From a phage, in sequence record PX880100.1: 64,000 nucleotides of DNA. The stretch is one strand, 5' to 3'. Both the position numbers and the translations under genes were made by a program. The notes beneath the pieces were generated by a model. It was given only the letters and a program-made list of their open reading frames with translations. It did not search any database and was not told the DNA's origin. Shown here piece after piece: positions 29,344-39,676 of this stretch (positions are counted from its first letter, which is position 1; every line of letters begins with the position of its first letter).

Positions 29344-29803
29344 TTAATAGACTATCATATACTGCATTTGCTACAGTCTCTGCTTCATGTATGGAATCTG
29401 TATATCCATAATGCTTACCTTTAATTTGAACAAAATATCTACCAGTTGAATGTTTTAAGAAAACACCTTTTGGTAATTCTTTATTACCATTCTTGTTTCT
29501 ATTCAACTGATTGCGTGACTTAGAAGAGTCTAGTAAATTATCTATGGCATTATTTAATGGATTCCTATCCTTATGGTCAATTTCTTCTGGAGTATATCCA
29601 TACACATATAAGAAAGCTAGCTGATGTGCTTTATACCTTTTACCATCAATTCGGATTTCCAATCTGATATAGTTATCAGATACCCATACTTCCGTCCCTG
29701 CTATGGAGCCTTTTGATACTCTTCCCCTTGAGACTTTCCATCTAAATATACCCGTTAGAGGATCATAGTCCAATAGCTCTTTAAGTCTATCTTGTGTAAT
29801 CAT
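29327..29803 (-). CDS. HNH homing endonuclease (158 aa)
   Basis: HNH motif YKAHQLAFLYVYGYTPEEIDHKDRNPLNNAIDNL; paralogue of the ORF at 55767-56249; inserted between the SSB-like and SbcD-like genes. Confidence 0.7.
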   Translation of the reverse strand: MITQDRLKELLDYDPLTGIFRWKVSRGRVSKGSIAGTEVWVSDNYIRLEIRIDGKRYKAHQLAFLYVYGYTPEEIDHKDRNPLNNAIDNLLDSSKSRNQLNRNKNGNKELPKGVFLKHSTGRYFVQIKGKHYGYTDSIHEAETVANAVYDSLLSENTI

Positions 29804-29810
29804 AAAGATA

Positions 29811-29834
29811 TAAGAAAAGGGGCCGAAGCCCCTC
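29811..29834 (-). terminator. rho-independent terminator after the SSB-like gene
   Basis: On the minus strand, stem AGGGGC/GCCCCT with TTCG loop followed by TTTTCTT. Confidence 0.55.
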
Positions 29835-29840
29835 TATTTA

Positions 29841-30614
29841 TTAGTCGTCCAGATCGCTTGCAGCTTCTGTGTCAATACCTTTCTGGGAGCCTGCATTGCT
29901 ATTACCAGATTTGGCATCATCATCTTTATTCTCACGACCCTCCATGAAGGCTTGAATTGCTTCTTTCTGCTCTTCATAGGTAGGAACCGGATAGGTTTGT
30001 TCCAGAGAAGGAACTTTTTCGAACTTAATGATGTCGCCATCTTCATCACACATAGCTTCACCGATCAGATCTACGTCTGCAGCATATTGCTTAGATTCTG
30101 CACTGTTAGGATCTTGCAGCTTAATCTGGAACTGCATAGCAGCAATCTGCTGTACATCATACTCAGTATCGAAACCTTTACCTTTTTTCTCGATAGAAAT
30201 ATCAATATCAAACGGAGTTGCCAGATTCAACTGCTTCATGATAGACTGGATGCCTTTCAGAATCGTAGCCTTGACTTCCATTACTTTCAGTTTGTTATCA
30301 GAACGGTCGATAACAAAAGCGATATAGTTTTTCTTCGGTTTCAGCGGAACACGATTACCATCTTTATCCAGCTCTTTCTCGAAGAAGCCCATCTCATGAA
30401 CCGGATCAGCTTTACCACGAACAAAGCTCTCTTTGTCACGGTTAAAACGGAGACATTCGAAAGGAGCTACATTACCTTCTTTATTAGTCAGCCAATAGAC
30501 ATAACGTGGAAGAACACCAGAAACGATACGAACACGGGTGATACCGTTGTTGAACTTCAGGAATTCGATTTTATCGTTAGAACCGCCAGTAGTTTCGCCC
30601 CAAGACTTAGCCAT
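29841..30614 (-). CDS. putative single-stranded DNA-binding protein (257 aa)
   Basis: Sits in the replication gene cluster; acidic C-terminal tail (DTEAASDLDD) as in phage and bacterial SSBs. No fold-level confirmation. Confidence 0.4.
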   Translation of the reverse strand: MAKSWGETTGGSNDKIEFLKFNNGITRVRIVSGVLPRYVYWLTNKEGNVAPFECLRFNRDKESFVRGKADPVHEMGFFEKELDKDGNRVPLKPKKNYIAFVIDRSDNKLKVMEVKATILKGIQSIMKQLNLATPFDIDISIEKKGKGFDTEYDVQQIAAMQFQIKLQDPNSAESKQYAADVDLIGEAMCDEDGDIIKFEKVPSLEQTYPVPTYEEQKEAIQAFMEGRENKDDDAKSGNSNAGSQKGIDTEAASDLDD

Positions 30615-30891
30615 ATTTTATTTCCTCTTTAAAGATTAATTTCGATTTGTTAATTGCGATTAGTGGGTTAGTGTCGATTACTAAACGTGGTATCCATACT
30701 GGAACATATTGTATGTCCAAACTAGGATCGTTTGTAAACTTGTATTCGGCATAATTTCGTAGACTTAAAATTCCTAGATATTCTGCCAGTTGTCTATTAG
30801 ACAATTTATTTGGATTATCAACTATTGTTGATTCATTCAAAATGAATGAAGAACCGACCAATAATTGGTGAGCATCAGGCTCTGTAAGCAT
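30607..30891 (-). CDS. hypothetical protein (94 aa)
   Basis: First ORF downstream of the tandem promoters at 30999-31128; ATG at 30891. Confidence 0.3.
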   Translation of the reverse strand: MLTEPDAHQLLVGSSFILNESTIVDNPNKLSNRQLAEYLGILSLRNYAEYKFTNDPSLDIQYVPVWIPRLVIDTNPLIAINKSKLIFKEEIKYG

Positions 30892-30998
30892 TCTTTTGAA
30901 TAGCTTAATAATTAGGTCGGAATTTCCTCTAGCTAGTAAGTATAGCTTTTCATAATCGAAGAATTTAATTTTTGTTTTCTCCTCGAATTTATGTATAT

Positions 30999-31028
30999 AT
31001 TATACTAGATTTCGAGAGAATTTAGCAA
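30999..31028 (-). promoter_or_regulatory. sigma70-type promoter (copy 2 of a tandem pair)
   Basis: Minus strand: TTGCTA, 18-bp spacer, TATAAT, then leader ATATACATAAATTCGAGGAG. Confidence 0.55.
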
Positions 31029-31099
31029 CTAAAATTTTTATTTTTCTGCTTCGGACTTTCTTATCAATCCGAAACTTTCTCTCTCAAATTTATGTATAT

Positions 31100-31128
31100 A
31101 TTATACATCATTTATGAGCTGTTGCCAA
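31100..31128 (-). promoter_or_regulatory. sigma70-type promoter (copy 1 of a tandem pair)
   Basis: Minus strand: TTGGCA, 17-bp spacer, TATAAT, then leader ATATACATAAATTTGAGAGAG; the -35 lies in the last codons of the helicase gene. Confidence 0.5.
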
Positions 31129-32464
31129 ATGCAATTTTAGCTAATTGAACTGCTTTCTCCGGAGTCATAGTAATAGTTTTCCACCCGTTATTACGATATA
31201 CTGCCATACGTCCAGAAGCCTGTCTTAGTCCAGTGCCACCTTTCATAATTAGATCTACAACAATAGGGTCGAGTTTACCATCGACAATACGTTGAACACG
31301 TCCTGCAAGCTGTTCAATGAGAGATTCATTATTAATGAGACTTCCCATTATTAAACAAGACAGCTCATTAAGGGAAATACCTTCAGAGAAGATACTTTGA
31401 GCTGCTGCAAGTACACAAGGGCCACCTTTTGCTATATCTTCCTGAATTTTTAATCGGTCATCCAAGTGGGTTGCCCCTATAATTTCATATGTTGTAACAC
31501 CACGCTGTGCAAGAGCTTCTAGTACTGTTTGGATTAACTCTGTTCTATCACTTACAATGAGTACTTTATGCCCCATATTCACGTATAAATGTGCTAGATT
31601 TATAATAGTCTCTCGATATTCAGGATGGTTGTACACATCATTAGCACGTAATGCCCATGGTACGTTTTGGTTTCCTGATAGCTCAACAGGTACTGAGTAC
31701 CTATGGATTGTAGGTGCAATAGTATTATTAACAGGTGGGCTAAAGATCTTATATCCAAAGAAATCTTTGAACATGACTTGTAGACCATCTTTCCGTTTTA
31801 ATGTTCCAGATAGTCCAATCTTATAGCGAGCACATGATATTTCTAGGAAGTTAGTGAAAGTTGTAGCCACACAATGGTGAACTTCATCAACTATAACAGT
31901 ACCGAATACTTTAGAAAGATTATTCGCATGTTTATTTACTGTTTGAATATTACTGACCACAATTGGTGGATCAATATTATATTTCCCAGAACCTATGATA
32001 CCTGGCTCAAACCCAAACCATTTACGAACTTCTGCAGCCCACATTTCACGAATAGATGTATTCGTACAGATTACCAAAGTTTTCTGGCCAAATTTATACG
32101 CAAGCGCAAGGGCTAGGATAGTTTTACCAAATCCAGGCTTACCATTAATAATACAGGTATCATCGCATTCTTCGTATATTGGAAGCTGATCTTCTTCACG
32201 CAGCTTGAACTTAGGTTCTGGTATATCTACCGGAGCTAATGTGCGTTTATCAACTAATTCGTATTTTACTCCTTTAGCATCTAATAAATCCAGACGCGTG
32301 ATAGGAATCCACTTAATCTCTTTAGCAACAACACCACTATTCTTATACATAATAGGGTATTTACTAGTCATTGTCTCTATGTGATAAGTGGTTTGCTTAC
32401 TACAATAATCCCAAAGTTCATCATCGGGCTTGAAATAGGCTTTATTAGATATAACAACCTTCAT
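31112..32464 (-). CDS. SF2 DNA helicase (T5 D10-like, 450 aa)
   Basis: Walker A GKPGFGKT, DEVH box (VIVDEVHH), C-terminal helicase motifs (QLAGRVQR). Confidence 0.8.
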   Translation of the reverse strand: MKVVISNKAYFKPDDELWDYCSKQTTYHIETMTSKYPIMYKNSGVVAKEIKWIPITRLDLLDAKGVKYELVDKRTLAPVDIPEPKFKLREEDQLPIYEECDDTCIINGKPGFGKTILALALAYKFGQKTLVICTNTSIREMWAAEVRKWFGFEPGIIGSGKYNIDPPIVVSNIQTVNKHANNLSKVFGTVIVDEVHHCVATTFTNFLEISCARYKIGLSGTLKRKDGLQVMFKDFFGYKIFSPPVNNTIAPTIHRYSVPVELSGNQNVPWALRANDVYNHPEYRETIINLAHLYVNMGHKVLIVSDRTELIQTVLEALAQRGVTTYEIIGATHLDDRLKIQEDIAKGGPCVLAAAQSIFSEGISLNELSCLIMGSLINNESLIEQLAGRVQRIVDGKLDPIVVDLIMKGGTGLRQASGRMAVYRNNGWKTITMTPEKAVQLAKIAFGNSS

Positions 32465-32958
32465 AATTTTATTCTAAGTCTAGGAATTTCAGGCTCCTCT
32501 TGATGGACTTGATAAATAACAGGGCTATTATTTACCAGAATATAGCTTATATAAGCTGGAACATAGGATAATACAAATGGATATGGAACTTTAGCTACAT
32601 AGCATTGGTATTTTCCGTTATAAATTCTAGCTGAATGCAAAACTTTAGAGGTGACAACATCATAGAACGTAGTTTTCTTCCAGTTAATAAGATTTCCATC
32701 AGAATCTATAAATTGGCTACGCTTTGACCCAACTAATTGAGACAACATTGATATTCTACCTCTAATAGGATAGAGCTTGTATGGTAATTCTTTCCGTTTC
32801 TCAAATAGAATAAGCCTACGTTGAGAAAAAGTGCCAGGCAACTTCCTGTTATCTAGCACATATTTATTATACCTTGTTGTAATTACGGAATAATCACCTT
32901 CTTGTTCAATTGATACAAATGCCCGTAAAGCATATACGGGCAATTTGAAATCAAGCAC
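32461..32958 (-). CDS. hypothetical protein (165 aa)
   Basis: ORF between the polymerase and helicase genes on the same strand; track start is GTG and overlaps the polymerase stop. Confidence 0.3.
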   Translation of the reverse strand: MLDFKLPVYALRAFVSIEQEGDYSVITTRYNKYVLDNRKLPGTFSQRRLILFEKRKELPYKLYPIRGRISMLSQLVGSKRSQFIDSDGNLINWKKTTFYDVVTSKVLHSARIYNGKYQCYVAKVPYPFVLSYVPAYISYILVNNSPVIYQVHQEEPEIPRLRIKL

Positions 32959-35518
32959 CGAGAATCCTTCTCACGTTATCCAAATCTTTACATACAGCAA
33001 TAAACTTATCATCCTTGTATTTGCTATGATCTGGATGCTCTTTATCCATTGCAGCTAGTTTCTTATACTCGAACTCTGCATCAAGTAATACACCCTTGAC
33101 ATAACGAGTATATTCATCATCATCAATACAAGCGATTGATGGGTGCTGTTTCTTCATCTTACCACAAGAATAGTCACGAGAACCTCCAGCTTCAGAATCT
33201 GAGTCAATACCAATCGGACAACCAGGAATACTGATACCACGGTCTTTCTGAATATTACGAATCAGGATTTCATTGTATTGGTCGATCAAATCCTCACGAA
33301 CAATAGCAACTACGGAGTCGTGAACCAGCATAACAATCTTCATCTCTTGTTCTAGGCCAAGAGAAATGATCTCATTATCTGCATCTACAGCACCTAAAAG
33401 GAGACTATCAGAAGAAGCAGACTGAATGATTGCGTTAAATCCAGAACGGATTTCTTCACCCTGAACACCACGGTCTTCGGAATGGATATTATGCAGACGA
33501 CGTTTACGCCCAAAGTGACTATAGATAAATCCATGATTCTTGATCTGGTCGTGACATTTATCAATCCAACGCTTAAGCTGCGGGAACTGACCGAAGTAAG
33601 TTTCGATATAGTCCTTCGCATCCGCAACAGTACACTCTACAAACGGTTCTCCTGTCTTAGCAGCCTGTTCCAAAAGAGCTTCGTTAACAGAATGAGCTAC
33701 CTTAGCCGGGCCAGAACCATACAAAATACCAAAGGTGATTGCTTTAGCTGCTTGACGCAGAGCTGGGAATAACTTTTTAACATCACGAGGCTCGCATTGG
33801 AGCTTAAATACCATGTGTGCGATGTTAGAGTGGAAGTCAGGGTATTTATCTGGTTCATTTCTCATGTTGATAAATACTTGTTGCATATTTCTATCACCAG
33901 ATAGAACAGCAGCATAATAAACTTCCGCAGTTGTTAAGTCCCATGCAATTACACGATACCCGGGAGGGGCTACTACACAACCCTTGATAATAGATTCATC
34001 ACGAGGTAACTGTTGCAGATTCAGTTTACCAGAAGAACTCAGACGACCAGAAGTAGTCATATGTTCATGGAAGCCAGTACGAATGCAACCATCAGCATCA
34101 ATGCTCAGAAGAATCTTCTCAACGTAAGTAGAGATCAGCTTAGTCAGCTTACGAATCTCTAGTAGGGTCTTAGCAATTGGATGCTGCGTAGACAATTCGT
34201 TCAGAGCTTCTGCATCTGTAGAGTCTGCTCCAGTATCCGTCAATTTACCTGTTGGAGTTAAGCCAACATAATCAAACAGAAGAACACGGAGTTGTTTAAC
34301 AGAGTTTGGGTTAAACGCTTCGTTCTGATCTTTCTCTAGCTGAACGACTTCTGGATAAGTATACAGCTTTTCACGAGCTTTATTCAGATTATGAGTTAAC
34401 TGGTACTGTGCTTCTTTCAAGCGATCAATAGAAATTGGTACACCACGATCTTCAACACGCTGGAGAAATACGCAACCAGGCATTAGAACATCATAATACA
34501 GACTGCAAAGTTTTTCATTCTTCTCAATTTTTGGTAAGAAGAAATTGTGCAAACGTAGGGTGGCATCGGTATCTTTTGCAGCGTAAGGCCACATAATATC
34601 AAACGGAATTAAATCATAGGTGAAATCTTCTTTCTTGATCTTATGTGCTTTGCAGTAATCATCCTTGAACTTATCTAGTTCAAAGTCATAGTCACCCATA
34701 TCGGTATACTTCATTGCTAGAGATTTCAAGCCATGAGTACCACGACGTTCATCTAGAACATAATGCTGCAACATAGTATCATGGAGCCTGCGTTCTTTAT
34801 GCGCTTTATCAAAAGTAAGTCCCAGATGGTACTTATAAAAGTGCATATCAAACTTCAAGTTGTGAAAAACAATAGTGTGGTTTTCACTATCCAGAATTTT
34901 CTGGAGATAATATACTGCAACCTCTGTGAGACAATCAGAATCGATATATACACCCTGATATTCTTGGTGAGACATAGAAACACCAAGCAGATAACCATCT
35001 CGACAGTATAGTGCTGAGGTTTCGGAGTCGAATGCGACAGGTCCGATAACCATATTATACACCATCTTGATATATTCTTCCGCCTCGTCAGGGTCAGTAA
35101 TAGGACGGTAATCACCAGCTTTTGCAATCTTCTCACGACCATTGATAATATCGTGGATATTTTCTACTGTTGCATCGAAAACTGGTTTCATTTCAGGCTT
35201 AAAGTGTAACTGGGCTGGGCTGATACTCGCAATCCAGTTAGCATATCCATTATACTCTACACGTTTACCAGTATAGTCACCAATGCCTTTCTTACCTGCG
35301 AAATACAGGAAAGGTTCAGCACCTACCAGTATAACAAAATCATAATCATTCGGGTCAAATGGGTTTTCCGGAGTCCCAATAGTAATATGCTTTTTGAGCA
35401 AACGACCGGATAACTTCTCGTTACACATATGGAATACATCAACTTCCTCGCCGTATAGCTGGAAATGTTTATCGTAACGAGTGTTATTTAGAGCTTTATC
35501 AACTACTGCGATTTTCAA
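32951..35518 (-). CDS. family A DNA polymerase with 3'-5' exonuclease domain (T5 DNA polymerase-like, 855 aa)
   Basis: Same length as T5 DNA polymerase; Pol I-type motifs (RRLHDTML..., KxxxFGxxYG-like AKAITFGILYGSG, VHDS); TTG start preceded by RBS AGAGGAG. Confidence 0.9.
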   Translation of the reverse strand: MKIAVVDKALNNTRYDKHFQLYGEEVDVFHMCNEKLSGRLLKKHITIGTPENPFDPNDYDFVILVGAEPFLYFAGKKGIGDYTGKRVEYNGYANWIASISPAQLHFKPEMKPVFDATVENIHDIINGREKIAKAGDYRPITDPDEAEEYIKMVYNMVIGPVAFDSETSALYCRDGYLLGVSMSHQEYQGVYIDSDCLTEVAVYYLQKILDSENHTIVFHNLKFDMHFYKYHLGLTFDKAHKERRLHDTMLQHYVLDERRGTHGLKSLAMKYTDMGDYDFELDKFKDDYCKAHKIKKEDFTYDLIPFDIMWPYAAKDTDATLRLHNFFLPKIEKNEKLCSLYYDVLMPGCVFLQRVEDRGVPISIDRLKEAQYQLTHNLNKAREKLYTYPEVVQLEKDQNEAFNPNSVKQLRVLLFDYVGLTPTGKLTDTGADSTDAEALNELSTQHPIAKTLLEIRKLTKLISTYVEKILLSIDADGCIRTGFHEHMTTSGRLSSSGKLNLQQLPRDESIIKGCVVAPPGYRVIAWDLTTAEVYYAAVLSGDRNMQQVFINMRNEPDKYPDFHSNIAHMVFKLQCEPRDVKKLFPALRQAAKAITFGILYGSGPAKVAHSVNEALLEQAAKTGEPFVECTVADAKDYIETYFGQFPQLKRWIDKCHDQIKNHGFIYSHFGRKRRLHNIHSEDRGVQGEEIRSGFNAIIQSASSDSLLLGAVDADNEIISLGLEQEMKIVMLVHDSVVAIVREDLIDQYNEILIRNIQKDRGISIPGCPIGIDSDSEAGGSRDYSCGKMKKQHPSIACIDDDEYTRYVKGVLLDAEFEYKKLAAMDKEHPDHSKYKDDKFIAVCKDLDNVRRILGA

Positions 35519-35579
35519 ATTTAATCTCCTCTTGGTAAGTAAGTATAACTTCAGTGTTTCTTCTCTAACTTACCAATAT

Positions 35580-35609
35580 ATTATACCAAATCTTTAAGCG
35601 ATTCAGCAA
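35580..35609 (-). promoter_or_regulatory. sigma70-type promoter for the DNA polymerase gene
   Basis: Minus strand: TTGCTG, 18-bp spacer, TATAAT; the -10 overlaps the primase stop codon. Confidence 0.5.
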
Positions 35610-36471
35610 CTAAAATTTCAATACGTTTTGCTAACATATCAATTTCATCTTTGTTTAAGTCACCTGGATCTTTGCCTTCTGGTAGAAGAAAGTTAGCAAC
35701 TACAGGTGTTAAACGCGTTTTTGTACGAATTAGCTTAGCCAATGCTTGTGCAGCCTTATTACCAGAAGCATCATTATCTAATAAGATAACAACAACTTTA
35801 ACACCAGCAATAATATAAGGACTGAACTTATCTGCAATGTTATCCGAGGTAAACTGATGTGTACCAAAGCAGCAAGAAGCATAGTCTATACCATTATCCT
35901 CTAGGTTCAGCATATCAAAGATACCTTCAACTAGAATAAGAACTGGAGTATTATATCGTACAGGGAAAATCGGTGGTGAAACTTGTTTTGGTTTTACTAA
36001 GTATTTAGGAGGGGCAGAACTGTTTATAGAACGACCCAAAAATAGGATATTGCGTCCAACAGCATCTGTGATTGGGAATACAATTCTGCCTTCCCAGTCT
36101 GCTTGGTGTTGGAAAGCAAAATATTTCTTCAAGGTCTTAGAACTTATACCTCGGAAATCACCTTCGAAAAGGTAAGCAGATTCAGGAATTGCAAGATTTG
36201 TAGATCCATTCCTAATCTCTGAAATCTTTTTACGTACCTGCGATAGTCTTGGGGACTGTCGGTACTGAGTCTCATTAAAATAATGGTAAATGCTCGGTAT
36301 ACCTTTACCGAAGCCACAACTCAAGCAGTGCATAATACCTGTTTCAGGATCAATACGCAAACTTGGGTGTTTATCGTCATGATCTGGATTGAGACAACAG
36401 ATGAGGATGTCCCCACCTGTGTCTTTATATTCAATGCCTTTCAGATCAAGTAGTTCTGTTATTCTACTCAT
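35581..36471 (-). CDS. DnaG-like DNA primase (296 aa)
   Basis: N-terminal zinc ribbon (CCLNPDHDDKHPSLRID...HCLSCG) and Toprim motifs (LVEGIFDML, LLDNDASG). Confidence 0.75.
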   Translation of the reverse strand: MSRITELLDLKGIEYKDTGGDILICCLNPDHDDKHPSLRIDPETGIMHCLSCGFGKGIPSIYHYFNETQYRQSPRLSQVRKKISEIRNGSTNLAIPESAYLFEGDFRGISSKTLKKYFAFQHQADWEGRIVFPITDAVGRNILFLGRSINSSAPPKYLVKPKQVSPPIFPVRYNTPVLILVEGIFDMLNLEDNGIDYASCCFGTHQFTSDNIADKFSPYIIAGVKVVVILLDNDASGNKAAQALAKLIRTKTRLTPVVANFLLPEGKDPGDLNKDEIDMLAKRIEILVAESLKDLV

Positions 36472-37991
36472 ATATCGCTGGCCTGTTCACCTGTTGAATT
36501 TTCAGTTTTGTCTTTCTTAGCACGTTTAGGTTGAGCCGGCTTATCCTTCTCAATAGGGATAACGAACTCAGCTTCCATTTGAGATATATCTTCCATTGCT
36601 AGGTTGGTAGTGTTATCCATTCGCAGAGTTTCCCAGTTCATTTTAGGCATAAACTTCACGCTATCAGAAGAACGAGTCTTAACGAAGTCAAACATAATAG
36701 CACCTTGACCATTATCAGCTTTTGCAGCGTTAAGATTAGCAGCCATGTCGGCGGAATCAAGAATCCCCTTTGACATACGTGTTCTACCATCTTGATCAAT
36801 CTGGTAAGGAGCTACACCAGCCACGTTATGTTTCTGGCAGATAGATTTGAAAGACGAGCTAACAACCATCTGTTCTTTCCAGTCATACATATCAATGGTT
36901 TTAGAGTCTGGAAGTCGGGTTTGGTTAATATAGTCCAGTAAAGCTACTGTAACTTTATCTCCATATCTAGCAACTAATTTATTTAATTCTACGTCAACTG
37001 TTGTAATAGATAGCTCAGGGTCATAAACAATAATCATAGGAGTATGTAGCTCATACCCTTCTATTAGCTTACTTTCCATATCGTAGAAATCACTCATCTT
37101 AGCCATTGTGTACTGTTTAACGAAGTTATCGAAAAGCTCTTCACCCCCATTAAACATTCTAGCTCTAGTTCTGGCTAATCTCAATAGAGCTGCACCTTCT
37201 AGAGTATTATTACGCATTGCTAATGCTGATACACCAGCTAACATGGCTAGATTACGTCTAAATACTTCATGTTCTTTCATCTCAATTGAGAAGTATGGAG
37301 CAATATCTCCATTCAAATATTGCTGAACCTGTATGTTTGAACAGATAATGGATTTACCAGTACCACGCCAACCACCAAGCAGTAACGTTTCTGTGCGAGC
37401 TAAACCAATTTGAGCGTCGAACTCATTACAAATACCAAGAGCGATTAAGTTCAGTTTGGTATCTTCTTCTCTCTGGAAAATACGCATGTTATCTGCGTTG
37501 AATACTTTTCCAGTATTCGTTACTTTCTCTTCTAATTTTAAGTGAAGGGAGGCAACTCGGTTGAGAATTTCTCCCTGATCCAGCATTGTTAAATCTTGAA
37601 GCACGTCTGTTTCTAGAAGCTTCAGGAATAAATCTTGTGTATATTCGGCTTCTAGGACTTCAAGTGCCTGTTCCATGCTCACTTCTGGAATTTGAGTGTT
37701 AGCTAAGACGACTAGAGCTTGAGAAAGGCGGGCGTTCCTATTAGCTTCAAGCATAAGTGCGTCAATGGACGGCATTGTGTTATATTTTTTATAATAATTC
37801 TGGACGGCTTGGTAAATTGAGGAGAAAGCGTCATTAAAATGATCTTTATGCAGTTTTGAGAATGTTTCCAATGCTATTTGCTTCTGTTCGGAAGCTAGAA
37901 GCATCTTCAACACTACAGCTTGCACGTTAAACAAGGTCATTCTCCTTTGCACGCTTTCGTGCCTTCTAAATGCAAAAAGGGGAAGGAGCAT
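36468..37991 (-). CDS. DnaB-like replicative helicase (507 aa)
   Basis: RecA-fold P-loop GGWRGTGKS in the C-terminal half with an N-terminal helical domain; overlaps the primase gene start. N-terminus uncertain (alternative ATG at 37940). Confidence 0.6.
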   Translation of the reverse strand: MLLPLFAFRRHESVQRRMTLFNVQAVVLKMLLASEQKQIALETFSKLHKDHFNDAFSSIYQAVQNYYKKYNTMPSIDALMLEANRNARLSQALVVLANTQIPEVSMEQALEVLEAEYTQDLFLKLLETDVLQDLTMLDQGEILNRVASLHLKLEEKVTNTGKVFNADNMRIFQREEDTKLNLIALGICNEFDAQIGLARTETLLLGGWRGTGKSIICSNIQVQQYLNGDIAPYFSIEMKEHEVFRRNLAMLAGVSALAMRNNTLEGAALLRLARTRARMFNGGEELFDNFVKQYTMAKMSDFYDMESKLIEGYELHTPMIIVYDPELSITTVDVELNKLVARYGDKVTVALLDYINQTRLPDSKTIDMYDWKEQMVVSSSFKSICQKHNVAGVAPYQIDQDGRTRMSKGILDSADMAANLNAAKADNGQGAIMFDFVKTRSSDSVKFMPKMNWETLRMDNTTNLAMEDISQMEAEFVIPIEKDKPAQPKRAKKDKTENSTGEQASDI

Positions 37992-38022
37992 AGCCCCCTC
38001 CCCTTAGGTTTAATTTACCAGA

Positions 38023-38790
38023 TTATTCAGCAGCCGCAGCTTTTGCATCCAGTTTAGCACGCTTAGCGGCACCATCATAGTCCTTAGCAACCAGACCGCG
38101 ACGAGACAGCATAGATTTAACACCGCGCTCAGACTTACCAGTTTTCTCAGCGATCTCAGCAACAGTCATGTTAACCAGATCCAGACCTTCTAACAGATCT
38201 TCACGAGTTTTAGCACTTGAAGTTTCCTGTACCGGCATAGCAGCGATACGACCTTCACGAAGTAGGCTCAGAGCTTTACCACGGATCTGCTTGATATTAC
38301 GACCGAAGTGAGCAGCGATAGCTTCAATAGTAGCACCAGCAACAACCTGATTAACAAAATCAGTTTCTTCATCCGGAGTGAAGGAACGAACAGCAGCAGC
38401 TTTTTCAGTTGGCTTAACAGAAGCGGTCATTTCCAGACTCAGGATCTTACCCTGTACCTGTTTAGCACCGAACTGACCACCAGCTACAGCAGCAGCGATT
38501 TCAGCATAGGTATACTGACCAGCATGAGCGTTCAGGAAATCAACCAGTTCAGCTTCCTGCTCAGGAGTCCACGGGGATTTCTGCACTTCGTTAGCTTTTT
38601 GTACTTCAAAACCTTCTTTACGCAGTTTAGAGCCAACAGAGCGAGCAGTAACATCTTTGCCAGTTTCAGCAGCCAGTTCAGCAGCAATAGCAGCTACTTG
38701 TTCTTGAGAGATTACAGAAACACCCAGAGCAGTGGCTTTTGCTTTCAGAGACTCGGTTACACCTTCTACGTTCCAGTTCAGTTTAGACAT
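38023..38790 (-). CDS. putative DNA-binding protein with repeated helix-rich modules (255 aa, T5 D5 position)
   Basis: Three to four repeats of a ~30 aa Ala/Lys-rich module (e.g. MTVAEIAEKTGKSERGVKSMLSRRGL); host-optimised codon usage; a related module occurs in ORF 41699-42109. Confidence 0.4.
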   Translation of the reverse strand: MSKLNWNVEGVTESLKAKATALGVSVISQEQVAAIAAELAAETGKDVTARSVGSKLRKEGFEVQKANEVQKSPWTPEQEAELVDFLNAHAGQYTYAEIAAAVAGGQFGAKQVQGKILSLEMTASVKPTEKAAAVRSFTPDEETDFVNQVVAGATIEAIAAHFGRNIKQIRGKALSLLREGRIAAMPVQETSSAKTREDLLEGLDLVNMTVAEIAEKTGKSERGVKSMLSRRGLVAKDYDGAAKRAKLDAKAAAAE

Positions 38791-39553
38791 TATTATTTTT
38801 CTCCAATAGTTCTTTAATCGACAGGATTTCTATCCCATTCGTTTCGGCTTTCTTATAAGATGAGGAAGAACGTTTTGATTCATCCTCACAGATTAGGTAT
38901 TTGACGTCTTTGGTAACGGATTTCTTAACCGTATATCCTAGACCTTCTAAATAGTTTGTTGCATCCGTTCGATTTGCAAAATCTTGCAAAGATCCGGTAA
39001 TACATACCGCGATTCCATTTGGCTGGGCAACTAAATCATCAGTAACGACGGTTTTAGCTTTAGCACCAGTTGAGAATTTCCACGGTAGTTCGATAACATC
39101 CTTGCCTTGTGGGGAATTTAGCCAGGCTTTATAATTTTCTCCAGCCTTGCCGTCAGCCTTCACATCGTGGAAGCTAGTGCAATTTTGGGATAATTTCTTT
39201 GCTGCAACCTCTCCAATTAGAGGGATTCCTAAAGAACCGAGAACTGAACCAAAGTCAATGTCTCCGCGAACTTTAGTATTTAATTCGCTAATTAACTTAG
39301 CGGCAACCTTGCTACCCACGGCTCTAACCAAATCTTCTTCGGTTAGGTAAAATAGTTCTGAAATCTTCGTCAGCTCCAGCTTCTCAATAGTTTTCGGGCC
39401 AAAGCCCTTTAACTTCATTTTTGTACAGAAGTTCTCAATTAACTTACTTGATTGCGCTGAACAGTTGGACTTATTACGACAGAATAATTGTCCGTTGACA
39501 AGATCTAGCTTAGAACCACAAGAGGGACATTGTGTTGGAATTTCGATTTTCAT
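38783..39553 (-). CDS. ligB: NAD-dependent DNA ligase, C-terminal subunit (Zn finger, HhH, BRCT-like)
   Basis: CPSCGSKLDLVNGQLFCRN zinc-finger motif followed by helix-hairpin-helix-like region; start moved to ATG 39553 with RBS AAGGAAG. Confidence 0.75.
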   Translation of the reverse strand: MKIEIPTQCPSCGSKLDLVNGQLFCRNKSNCSAQSSKLIENFCTKMKLKGFGPKTIEKLELTKISELFYLTEEDLVRAVGSKVAAKLISELNTKVRGDIDFGSVLGSLGIPLIGEVAAKKLSQNCTSFHDVKADGKAGENYKAWLNSPQGKDVIELPWKFSTGAKAKTVVTDDLVAQPNGIAVCITGSLQDFANRTDATNYLEGLGYTVKKSVTKDVKYLICEDESKRSSSSYKKAETNGIEILSIKELLEKNNNV

Positions 39554-39583
39554 CAAATTTCTTCCTTATCAATTTATATAGAT

Positions 39584-39612
39584 ATTATAGCAAGTATTTA
39601 AGCATTTAGCAA
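39584..39612 (-). promoter_or_regulatory. sigma70-type promoter between the two ligase genes
   Basis: Minus strand: TTGCTA, 17-bp spacer, TATAAT. Confidence 0.55.
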
Positions 39613-39676
39613 CTACAATTTTAACTAACTTTGCTTACCCTCGCCATAACTTTCTATCCCTCAACTGAATGATAAT

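Noticed and set aside
29952-30632. 226 aa plus-strand ORF (and 29834-30061 minus ORF) overlapping the SSB-like gene
   Set aside because: Antisense or alternative-frame ORFs within a co-oriented operon gene, with no start signals; treated as frame artefacts.
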